From assembly GCA_038858525.1 (NCBI GenBank), contig JAWCFL010000030.1, positions 1 to 18,775 of the forward strand: a stretch of DNA of 18,775 bases, given 5' to 3'. Numbering within the stretch: the first letter of the stretch is position 1; the number at the start of each line of letters is the position of its first letter. The stretch is from Candidatus Jordarchaeales archaeon. Its GTDB lineage: Archaea; Asgardarchaeota; Jordiarchaeia; Jordiarchaeales; Freyrarchaeaceae. Both the position numbers and the translations under genes were made by a program. Below are positions 1 through 7,753 of this stretch, piece after piece. The notes beneath the pieces are model-generated. The model was not told where the DNA came from. It saw only the letters and a program-made list of their open reading frames with translations, and ran no database searches.

Positions 1-105
1 CGCACCCCTTATTTTCTCGAGCGCCGGGTGACTCACCTCGTAAAGGTCCCTCAGAAGCTCATGCTGATAATTAACAACCCAACCCAAAGCCTCCACCCTA
101 GACAA
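1..105 (-). pseudogene. C-terminal fragment of a GHMP kinase (galactokinase/mevalonate kinase-like); 5' part apparently missing, runs off the left edge
   Basis: Manual translation of the minus strand from 105 gives LSRVEALGWVVNYQHELLRDLYEVSHPALEKIRGA, resembling the GHMP_C helix 'H..LRD.YEVS.P.L(D/E)'. The frame is open only up to a TGA at 243-241, and codons 240-106 do not look kinase-like. Not in the ORF track. Confidence 0.6.
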
Positions 106-223
106 CCCGTTTGAACTGACGGAATAAAGATAATACCGGGTGGTTGAAGATGTTTTTAGGTAGTCGAAGTAGTAAACATTTGCCTTGGAAGGACACGAAT
201 GATGGGCTTGCGATGGTGGAAAC

Positions 224-658
224 GTGAGGCTCTGGTCTCTTCATCCAAGGTTCCTTGACTCTAAAGGGCTCGTGGCTCTTTGGAGGGAGGCACTACTTGC
301 GAGGAAAGTTTTGGAGGGGAGGACGAGGGGATACAGGAAGCATCCGCAGCTTGAAAGATTTAAAGGGTTCAGGGACCCATTGGCCGCTATAAATTCATAC
401 TTGTATTTTGTTCTCGATGAGGCTACGAGAAGGGGCTACCGATTTGATCAAAGAAAAATTTATCCTATTCCAATCATCGAGAAAGCGATTCCAGTTACGA
501 GTCTTCAGCTAAAATTCGAATTTGAACATCTAGTCTCGAAGCTCGAGGTAAGAGACCCAAAGCACATCGAAAAGATTGCTGGCGAAAAACTAGATTGTAA
601 CCCACTATTCTTCGTTGTCGAAGGAGACATAGAGACATGGGAAAAGGTGAAAAAATAA
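224..658 (+). CDS. Pyrimidine dimer DNA glycosylase / T4 endonuclease V family protein
   Basis: N-terminus MRLWSLHP..LD.KGLVALWRE and GY..HPQL.RF are typical of the family; R21-E22 aligns with T4 EndoV R22-E23. GTG start with GGTGG upstream. Confidence 0.85.
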   Translation: MRLWSLHPRFLDSKGLVALWREALLARKVLEGRTRGYRKHPQLERFKGFRDPLAAINSYLYFVLDEATRRGYRFDQRKIYPIPIIEKAIPVTSLQLKFEFEHLVSKLEVRDPKHIEKIAGEKLDCNPLFFVVEGDIETWEKVKK

Positions 659-959
659 CTGTTTGTTCTTCGGATTTTCATGAACTATTTCTTTGTCCCT
701 CAGTGGATCGTTAATGACGGCTTGACCGCCATTTTTCTTCCTAACGTTAAACCCATACGCAAGACTACCACATTTAAGTATGCTCGGTCTTTGTTTTTAG
801 CCCACTTGTCCTGGCGCTGTGAAATCAAACTAAACGTAAGCTTCTAGTTTACATTATTAGTGTCTGTATGACAAATACAGAACCCGTTACAGCTTCTTAG
901 AAGTTTGCGTCCATTCAATTAATTTTGTTTTCTGCGGGGTTTAAGATCTCTCTGAAAGG

Positions 960-1754
960 TTATTTTGGTGTTATTCCTGTGAATTTTTGTGGTGGTGTTT
1001 TCTTTTTTTCTAGGAAGTTTTTGCTTCTCTGCTTGAACTCCTCTGTTGTCCATATCATTGCTGTTATGTCTCTTGCGAGCTGCCAGTTTAGCATTGCCAG
1101 GTCAGTCCAGAACTTGAGGCATGACTTGACAACCCTAAAAGCCTGAGGGCTTGTCCTGTCTATTACTTCCAGTGCAAGTTTGCGGGCTTCACCTTCAACA
1201 TCGTTGTCCTCGACTACTCTGTTCACGAGTCCAAGCTGGTAGGCTTCCTCGGCGCTCAGTATGCGCGCTGTGAACAGGAGTTCTCTAGCCCTTTTTTCTC
1301 CAACTATTAGGGGGAGCATCTGGGCGCCTCCTCCCATAGCTGTGGAGCCTACCAGGAGCTCGGGTTGCCCGAACCTAGCTGATCTTCCAGCTACGACGAG
1401 GTCGCACATCATGACCAGTTCGTTTCCCCCAGCGACGCATGCCCCCTTGACGGCGGCGACGACTAGCTTACCTGTCTCCCTCACGAGCTCGAGAAGGCTC
1501 CAGTATGCTTTAAGCCACCTTAACCCGTCCTCAAAGCTTTTCCCCATTATTTCTTTCAGGTCTGCTCCAGCGCTGAAAGCGTTTCCCTCACCAGTAATGA
1601 TGATCGCGCACACTTTGCTGTCCCTGTCTGCTTCGGCAAGGGCATCATGGAGCTCCTTGAGCATTTCCAAGTGGAGGACGTTTAGCCTCTCAGGGTAGTT
1701 CAGTTTCACCCACGCTATCCTTTCGTCTTCGTCCCTCTCGAGCCTAACCTTCAT
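960..1754 (-). CDS. Enoyl-CoA hydratase/isomerase (crotonase) family protein
   Basis: AFSAGADLKE oxyanion loop; AGGNEL and FGQPE carry both canonical catalytic Glu. Start overlaps the upstream dehydrogenase by 11 nt, with GGAGGAGG inside that gene's 3' end. Confidence 0.92.
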   Translation of the reverse strand: MKVRLERDEDERIAWVKLNYPERLNVLHLEMLKELHDALAEADRDSKVCAIIITGEGNAFSAGADLKEIMGKSFEDGLRWLKAYWSLLELVRETGKLVVAAVKGACVAGGNELVMMCDLVVAGRSARFGQPELLVGSTAMGGGAQMLPLIVGEKRARELLFTARILSAEEAYQLGLVNRVVEDNDVEGEARKLALEVIDRTSPQAFRVVKSCLKFWTDLAMLNWQLARDITAMIWTTEEFKQRSKNFLEKKKTPPQKFTGITPK

Positions 1755-2658
1755 TCCTTCTCCCTCCTCCTACTTTGAGGAAGTCATACCAGCCACCCAT
1801 ACTGCCCGGCTTCGTCCTCCTATCTCCAAGGTATCCTGAAACAACAAGCCTCTTAAGGGAGATGGGTGGAGTGTAACGCTCCTCCCTCGTTTCAGCGTAA
1901 AGGTACTCGCCTATGTGGAGCATGGTGTCTAAGCCGATCAGGTCCATTAGTTCGAATGGGCCCATCGGGAAGCCGAATGCTAACTTGCACATCTCGTCTA
2001 TCTCCCTTATGCCCGCCACTCCAGCCTCGAAGAGCCGTATCGCCTCCATAAGCCAGCAACATATGAACCTCGTTGTGAAGAAACCGGGAACATCCATAGC
2101 CTCGATCGGCGTCTTCCCCAATCTCTCTGCCAGTTCCACCGTTAGTTTGAACGTTTCGTCCGATGTTAGCGCTCCTCTGACGACTTCTATAAGCCTCATA
2201 ACTGGCGCCGGGTTAAACCAGTGCATACCTATGAACTTGTCCTTTCTTTTAACGGAGGATGCGAGATCGCTTATGAGTATGCCGGACGTGTTGGAAGCGA
2301 AGACCGTCTCCTCCTTGCAGACGGAGTCCAGCTCCGAGAAAACTTTCTTCTTCAGGCTAGCATCCTCGGGCACGGCCTCTATAAGAAAGTCCACCTCCTT
2401 CAGATCCAAGATGGACGTCGTCGGCTTAATTCTGCTCATCACTTCTTCAGCTTCTTTCTCGCTCATCTTCCCTTTCTGAACCAGCTTGTCCAAGCCAAAC
2501 GGCCCCGACCTTATAAGCTTAAGCGCTTTCTCGAGAATTTCGGCACTCACATCGACAAGTACCACCTCATACCCTCTTCTAGCACAGACTTGAGCTATGC
2601 CGTGCCCCATCACGCCGGCCCCAACCACTCCCACAATTCTCACATCATCAACCCTCAA
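1744..2658 (-). CDS. 3-hydroxyacyl-CoA dehydrogenase (3-hydroxybutyryl-CoA dehydrogenase type)
   Basis: GAGVMGHGIA Rossmann motif, EAVPE, ASNTS, GMHWFNP (catalytic His), PMGPFELMDLIGLD. Start moved from 2688 to the TTG at 2658, which follows GGAGGTG. Confidence 0.95.
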   Translation of the reverse strand: MRVDDVRIVGVVGAGVMGHGIAQVCARRGYEVVLVDVSAEILEKALKLIRSGPFGLDKLVQKGKMSEKEAEEVMSRIKPTTSILDLKEVDFLIEAVPEDASLKKKVFSELDSVCKEETVFASNTSGILISDLASSVKRKDKFIGMHWFNPAPVMRLIEVVRGALTSDETFKLTVELAERLGKTPIEAMDVPGFFTTRFICCWLMEAIRLFEAGVAGIREIDEMCKLAFGFPMGPFELMDLIGLDTMLHIGEYLYAETREERYTPPISLKRLVVSGYLGDRRTKPGSMGGWYDFLKVGGGRRNEG

Positions 2659-2872
2659 TGGTTCCACCTCCATCCGCCACAAAAGCAAACGAGATCTATC
2701 GCGGAAGCCGTTTTTTAATGTTCTCTCCGACTCCTCTCATCGAGAAGCATCATGAAGAGTGGCTGAAGCCAGCACGGCGCTGAGACTTTCCCTTAGTGAG
2801 GAAACTCTTTTATGGTCGGAGGACTCTATGACGGATATACGCTTTTGAGTGCTGGGAAGGGAGGTGGTTGGT

Positions 2873-4108
2873 GTGCCTCGTGAAGGGCATGTTAGCCTTG
2901 AGGACTTGAACTGGGAGTTTGGTTGCAGTACGGATGAGGGGGCTCTTCACCTCTTCACGGAGGAGGAGAACAAGTTCAGAGTGGAGTTTAGGGAGTTCGT
3001 GAAGAAAGATGTTTTGCCTGTCGCCGACAGGATCGATAAGGAAAGGAACTTCGACTTAATACATGAAGCCGTGAGGAAGATGGGGAGGGCTGGTTACATC
3101 GGCGTCTCGTTTCCAAGGGAGGTTGGAGGGTGGGGGAAGGGGCTGGTTTACCAAGTGATAATTGGAGAGGAACTCTCGGCGGCAAGCTACGCTGTAGCTG
3201 TGACGTATGGCGCCTCCGCTGTGCTCTACGCTATGCCCATAGTGAGGTTTGGAACAAGAGAGCAGAAGGAGAAGTTTCTCAAGCCGATAATGAAGGGGGA
3301 GGAGCTTGGTGCGATAGCAATAACCGAGCCGACGGGGGGAAGCGACGCGATAGGAGGAATGCAGACGAGAGCGGTGAAGAAAGGTGCATACTACGTGATA
3401 AATGGTGAGAAGAGATTCATAACGAATGGGAGCAGAGCTAACTACATTCTGCTCTACGCTGTCACCAACCCTGACGTTAAGAGGCATCAGGGAATAAGCG
3501 CCTTTATAGTACCAACTGACATTGAGGGATTTAAGGCGGTTAAGGATTACGAGCTCCTTGGAAGGCTCGGCTCGGTCAACAGCCACCTCGTGTTCAAGGA
3601 TTGTAAGGTGCCGGAGGATAACCTTCTCGGAGAGGAGAACGGGGGCTTGAAGGTGCTCATGGAGGGGCTTGACAGCGAGCGGACGTTCACTTCAAGCCAG
3701 TACGTTGGCATCGCGCGTTCAGCATTCGAGATAGCCACAAAGTACGCCGCGGAGAGAGTACAGTTCAAAAGGCCCATAAGGGAGTTTGAGGGTGTGAGCT
3801 TCAAGATAGCAGACATGTACGCGAACATTGAGGCGGCGAGGCTCATGGTTTTAAGGGCTGCCAGAATGATAGATAGCGGGCTCAGCGCCACAAAGGAGGT
3901 GGCGGCGGCTAAGTTTTTCTCGGCAGACATGGCCGTGAAGGTTTGCTTGGACGCCGTCCAGATTGCAGGAGGGATAGGCATGACGAAGGAGTACCCGCTG
4001 GAAAGGTATCTGAGGGATTCGAAGATGGGGCAGATAGGCGCCGGGACCTCTGAAGTGCTGAGGTACCTTGTTCAGCGAGAAATATACAGGAAAGTGGTGG
4101 GTGGCTGA
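2873..4108 (+). CDS. Acyl-CoA dehydrogenase, isovaleryl-CoA-dehydrogenase-like catalytic arrangement
   Basis: AITEPTGGSD, INGEKRFITNG, R.QF.RPI..F, ERYLRD, GLDSER and IGAGTSEV motifs. Preferred start is the GTG at 2873 after GGAGGTG (track start 2849). Confidence 0.95.
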   Translation: MPREGHVSLEDLNWEFGCSTDEGALHLFTEEENKFRVEFREFVKKDVLPVADRIDKERNFDLIHEAVRKMGRAGYIGVSFPREVGGWGKGLVYQVIIGEELSAASYAVAVTYGASAVLYAMPIVRFGTREQKEKFLKPIMKGEELGAIAITEPTGGSDAIGGMQTRAVKKGAYYVINGEKRFITNGSRANYILLYAVTNPDVKRHQGISAFIVPTDIEGFKAVKDYELLGRLGSVNSHLVFKDCKVPEDNLLGEENGGLKVLMEGLDSERTFTSSQYVGIARSAFEIATKYAAERVQFKRPIREFEGVSFKIADMYANIEAARLMVLRAARMIDSGLSATKEVAAAKFFSADMAVKVCLDAVQIAGGIGMTKEYPLERYLRDSKMGQIGAGTSEVLRYLVQREIYRKVVGG

Positions 4109-4924
4109 CTATCTTCCCTGGAACAATGGCTCCCTTTTCTCGATAAAGGCTCTTACACCCTCCTCGTAATCCTTCGTCTTGGCAGACTCAACCTGCATTT
4201 TTCTTTCTTCTTCGAGATGCTGCCTTATGTCTGTTGCCCGCGTGGCTTGTTCGAGAAGCTTTTTCGTCCTAGCCAGCGCAAGAGCTGGGCCCATAGCAAG
4301 GAGCTTAGCGAGCTTCATAACTTCCTCCATCAACTTTTCGTGTGGAACAACCCTGTTCACTATTCCGAGCTGGAAGGCTTCTTGAGCGTCCACCGTCCTT
4401 CCAGTATAAAAGAGCTCGCCCGCCTTTAATGGGCCTATGAGTCTCGTCAGCAGGTATGTGCCTCCCATTCCAGGTATGAGGCCGAGCCTCACGAAGCTCT
4501 GAGCGAACTTAGCGTTGTCCGAGGCCACAACAATATCGCAGGCTATGGCTAAGTTGAAGGCTGCGCCCATAGCTGGCCCGTTAACCGCCGCTATCACTAG
4601 TTTACTCATTTCTCTTATTTTGAGGGACACTTTGTAGAGTGGCTCTGTCAGCCGGTCCATGAATTCACCCGGCTGCCCCTCCTCGATCGACTTGAACATC
4701 CCCTTAACGTCTCCGCCTGCGCTGAAGGCTCTCCCTTCCCCTGTGATGACCACAACTCTCACCGATTCATCCTCCTCGCACCTTCTAAGGCACTCAAGTA
4801 ATTCGCGTGCAACCTGTTCGTCAAGAGCATTAAGCTTCTCAGGGCGACTTAAAGTTATAACAGCCACACCATCCTCAACGTTAAACCTCAAAGACTCATA
4901 CTTCAACTTGGAAACCTCCAGCAA
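4109..4924 (-). CDS. Crotonase-superfamily protein (PaaG-like), canonical catalytic acids absent
   Basis: RPEKLNAL, AFSAGGDV, AAVNGPAMGA, ACD, LGLIPGMGG, EGVRAF.EKR.P.FQGR. Exact start uncertain. Confidence 0.9.
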   Translation of the reverse strand: MLEVSKLKYESLRFNVEDGVAVITLSRPEKLNALDEQVARELLECLRRCEEDESVRVVVITGEGRAFSAGGDVKGMFKSIEEGQPGEFMDRLTEPLYKVSLKIREMSKLVIAAVNGPAMGAAFNLAIACDIVVASDNAKFAQSFVRLGLIPGMGGTYLLTRLIGPLKAGELFYTGRTVDAQEAFQLGIVNRVVPHEKLMEEVMKLAKLLAMGPALALARTKKLLEQATRATDIRQHLEEERKMQVESAKTKDYEEGVRAFIEKREPLFQGR

Positions 4925-5125
4925 AAGGTGATAAACAAATTACTGAGCGGGGTTATTAGAGTTCCTCTCCATGATCAAATAAGCACGGGAGCGTACAATC
5001 CAAGTCAAGTTTCGCAATCCAAAAAACGAAACTAATGGAGAAGAAAAACATAAAAGCCAGTTAACTGGTCGGCTTCAATGTGACTACAATTGTAGCGTGC
5101 TCTAGCTTCTTTCTTTTTTCCTTCC

Positions 5126-5581
5126 CTAAAATTTAGGGGGGAAGAGCTCTGTTAGCCTAATAATTTTTAAACCCAGAGACTTAACATAGTCCTTAACCGA
5201 TGCCTTAAGTAGGTGCCTGTCCTCAGTCAGCATGTTTCTAGAGTAAAGCACAGCTACTGCCAGGTTTACGGCGTCCGAAGCATAAAGGTCCAGGTCTACT
5301 TCTAGGTCTCTCGCCTTATCTAACAAGCCAGATAGGGGCGCGGCTTCCATAAAGCCCAGGCTAGCCATTTCTCTAAGTAGATTGTATGCCTGAAGGATTT
5401 TCGTTTTAGGGTAATTTGCTTTCACCAAGGCTCTGACAACTTCCAGGTAAGTCCACTCCGAGATTATGAGGGTGAACTTTGCTGAGAGGGTTTCGTCGCG
5501 CAACCTTAAGGCTTCCCTCTCGTGTTCCTCTCCAACCCTAAACCACTTCACGATAACGGACGAATCAACGCATATCTCCAT
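5126..5581 (-). CDS. vapC: PIN-domain (VapC-type) toxin
   Basis: VDSSVIVKW, LEVVRAL, ASDA and LTED supply the four PIN acidic residues. ATG at 5581 lies 1 nt after the antitoxin stop (track start 5617). Confidence 0.9.
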   Translation of the reverse strand: MEICVDSSVIVKWFRVGEEHEREALRLRDETLSAKFTLIISEWTYLEVVRALVKANYPKTKILQAYNLLREMASLGFMEAAPLSGLLDKARDLEVDLDLYASDAVNLAVAVLYSRNMLTEDRHLLKASVKDYVKSLGLKIIRLTELFPPKF

Positions 5582-5582
5582 C

Positions 5583-5828
5583 CTAGCGCTCATCTCCTTC
5601 CTCATGAGACCCGACAACTATTTCTGTTAAGCTTGGCATTCCCTCCGTTCCTTCCCTAACCTCGTTAAATCGTTTTATCAGCTCATCGGTCTTGTATTGC
5701 TTTATTAGTAACTGTAGGGCTTTCGAGAAGGCTTCGGTCTTGCTGCTAAAATATCCTTTCCTAACAAGGTCCTCCACTTCCTTAACCATTTTTTCGTCAA
5801 GCTTCAAGTTTACTTGAACTCTAGCCAT
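5583..5828 (-). CDS. Ribbon-helix-helix (CopG/ParD-like) antitoxin
   Basis: RVQVNLKLDEKMVKEVEDLVRKGYFSSKTEAFSKAL is a strand-helix-helix RHH pattern; acidic C-terminus; directly upstream of the PIN gene; GGAGGT RBS. Confidence 0.85.
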   Translation of the reverse strand: MARVQVNLKLDEKMVKEVEDLVRKGYFSSKTEAFSKALQLLIKQYKTDELIKRFNEVREGTEGMPSLTEIVVGSHEEGDER

Positions 5829-5832
5829 TTAG

Positions 5833-5862
5833 TATACCTCCAAAATAAAGATGTAAGGTATA
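5833..5862. promoter_or_regulatory. 7-bp inverted repeat over the antitoxin RBS/promoter, candidate autorepression operator
   Basis: TATACCT (5833-5839) and AGGTATA (5856-5862), 16-nt spacer. Confidence 0.35.
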
Positions 5863-5974
5863 GATTAAAAGTGTTTCTGTCAGCTATGTGAAGACGTTAA
5901 GGTCCACGTTTCTCTTTGAAATTAACAGCGGCTTTTTAAGGCGAGTTGACGGCTGTGAGTGTGGAGGTGCAGTT

Positions 5975-7582
5975 ATGGCTAGCAGGATACTCAGCGGAGA
6001 GGTTGATTGTTGCGCTGCCATCGTTGTGCTGGATGGATGCAGCATTAGGGCGCTTAAGAGGGCGCATACTCCCGTGATCGATGAAATAGCCAGGTTAGGT
6101 GTTGCCACATTTAAGTGCCGCTCTGTTGCTCCGACCGCTACTTATACGGGGCACGCCTCCATTGTTACCGGCACCGCCCCTAGTGTTCACGGCATTGTAG
6201 GAAATTTCTACTATGATAGGGAGCAGAGGAAGGTGGTGTGGTTCGACGTTGACGACGTTAACGCTCATCTTGATGCGGCAACGCTCTTTGAGGCGGTGGA
6301 GGCTGGAGGATGCGTTGGTGAGCCGGTTACGAGGGGGGCGAGGTTTGTAGTGCCCAAGGAAGAAGTTCAGGCTAGAGACGTGTGGGAACAGGACGCTTAC
6401 GCCATAACGATGGCGGTGAAGATTGTTGAGGAGGAGAGACCTGTCCTGCTCGTTGTGAACCTGCCGGGGGTAGATGGGGTCGGAGAGAGGTATGGCGCTT
6501 CTAGCAGAGAGGCTTCCAGGATACTTGAGGAGGACGACAAACTGATCGGGAAGCTGCAGGATGCTTTAAGGGAGTGTTATGATGATTACTTGCTCGTGGT
6601 GACAGCGGATCACGGTATGACCGACGTGAAGGAGAACGTCAATCTTGAGGAAGAACTGGACGGGCTTGACCCGGTGGTTTGCACATCCCACAGATTCGCC
6701 CACATATACTTGAAAGACGTGATGGAGGCTAAAAGGCGCCTCGAGAAAGACGGGCGGCTTAGCTTGGTTCTTACTCATAGTGAAGCTGAAAGGCTTTCTC
6801 TTCATAACCCTCGGTCTGGAGACTTAATGGTTGCCGCTAGGCCGGGATACGAGCTCAGCAAACAGAGCCTCAGGGGGAGTCATGGTGGCCTAACTAGGGA
6901 TGAAATGCTTGTTCCGCTGGTGGTGAATAAGCCGGAGTACGCTGACTTGGTCCGGGATTGGGCCTCGATAACTGATGTTGTATTAATTGTTAGAAGGTAC
7001 CTTGTCGAGAGAAGGTGTGTTAAGGAAGCTATGCGTCTGCTCAGCGGTGTTGACCCGGCTCACGGATGGAGGCACGTTGAGAGGGTCCTTGCGTGCTCTA
7101 CGCGCCTGGCTTTGAAGTATGGGGCCGACGTGGAGACGGTGAGACTTGCAAGCGTACTTCACGACGTCGGCAAGGGAGTGACGGGGCCAGACCACGTTGA
7201 AGGGAGCATTAATGTTGCAGCCTCGCTTCTACGGGAAGTGCTGCCGGGTGGGAAACTGGAGAAGGTTTTAAGGGCGATTTCAAGCCACCACACCTACCGC
7301 CCGGAAGAACTGAAGGGGCTGGAGGAGGCCATTCTTTGGGATTGCGACAAGCTGGACGCGCTGGGTGTTGTTGGCTTTGCGAGATGCCTTGAGGAGGAGG
7401 GATGGAAAGGTGGGAGTATAAATGACGCGGTGGAGCACTTGAAGAGGGATACCGAAATGTTTTCCCAAAGGATGCACTTCAAGGAGACTAGGCGCCTCGC
7501 GAAGCTAAAGGTTAGGTGGGGTAAACGAGTTGTCAAGATACTGGCGAGGGAGATTGATGGGTTATCAGGCAAATATTCGTAG
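5975..7582 (+). CDS. Fusion: nucleotide pyrophosphatase/phosphodiesterase (alkaline phosphatase superfamily) domain + C-terminal HD phosphohydrolase domain
   Basis: N-part: VVLDG, PTATYTGHASIVTG..PSVHGIVGN, TADHGM, GSHGG. C-part: HG.RHVERV, LHDVGK, DH, SHH, DCDKLDALG. ATG at 5975 follows GGAGGTG (track start 5888). Confidence 0.88.
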   Translation: MASRILSGEVDCCAAIVVLDGCSIRALKRAHTPVIDEIARLGVATFKCRSVAPTATYTGHASIVTGTAPSVHGIVGNFYYDREQRKVVWFDVDDVNAHLDAATLFEAVEAGGCVGEPVTRGARFVVPKEEVQARDVWEQDAYAITMAVKIVEEERPVLLVVNLPGVDGVGERYGASSREASRILEEDDKLIGKLQDALRECYDDYLLVVTADHGMTDVKENVNLEEELDGLDPVVCTSHRFAHIYLKDVMEAKRRLEKDGRLSLVLTHSEAERLSLHNPRSGDLMVAARPGYELSKQSLRGSHGGLTRDEMLVPLVVNKPEYADLVRDWASITDVVLIVRRYLVERRCVKEAMRLLSGVDPAHGWRHVERVLACSTRLALKYGADVETVRLASVLHDVGKGVTGPDHVEGSINVAASLLREVLPGGKLEKVLRAISSHHTYRPEELKGLEEAILWDCDKLDALGVVGFARCLEEEGWKGGSINDAVEHLKRDTEMFSQRMHFKETRRLAKLKVRWGKRVVKILAREIDGLSGKYS

Positions 7583-7753
7583 AAGATTTTTATTGAAGTA
7601 TGTCTTAAACTATGGATGTCTCTTTGTGATAAAGCTTATATTTAGGAACAACACAATTGTTAGTCAGGTGATTTGATTTAAAAATACATTTGTGATGTGA
7701 AGTTTTCAGCTCACAGCCGAACAATTTGGAAAAATCGATCTGGAGGTTGTCGC

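Noticed and set aside
680-847. 55-aa plus-strand ORF (MNYFFVPQW...) and fragmentary minus-strand frames in the 659-959 spacer
   Set aside because: No RBS and no recognisable motif; may be decayed foreign DNA but cannot be assigned.
864-904. Short hairpins CTGTAT-N5-ATACAG and CTTCT-T-AGAAG downstream of the crotonase
   Set aside because: Only 5-6 bp stems in AT-rich DNA; expected by chance.
2737-2850. Minus-frame peptide ...DHKRVSSL...VLASATLHDASR* faintly resembling an HD motif
   Set aside because: Spacing is too short, there is no start or context, and it lies in the divergent promoter region.
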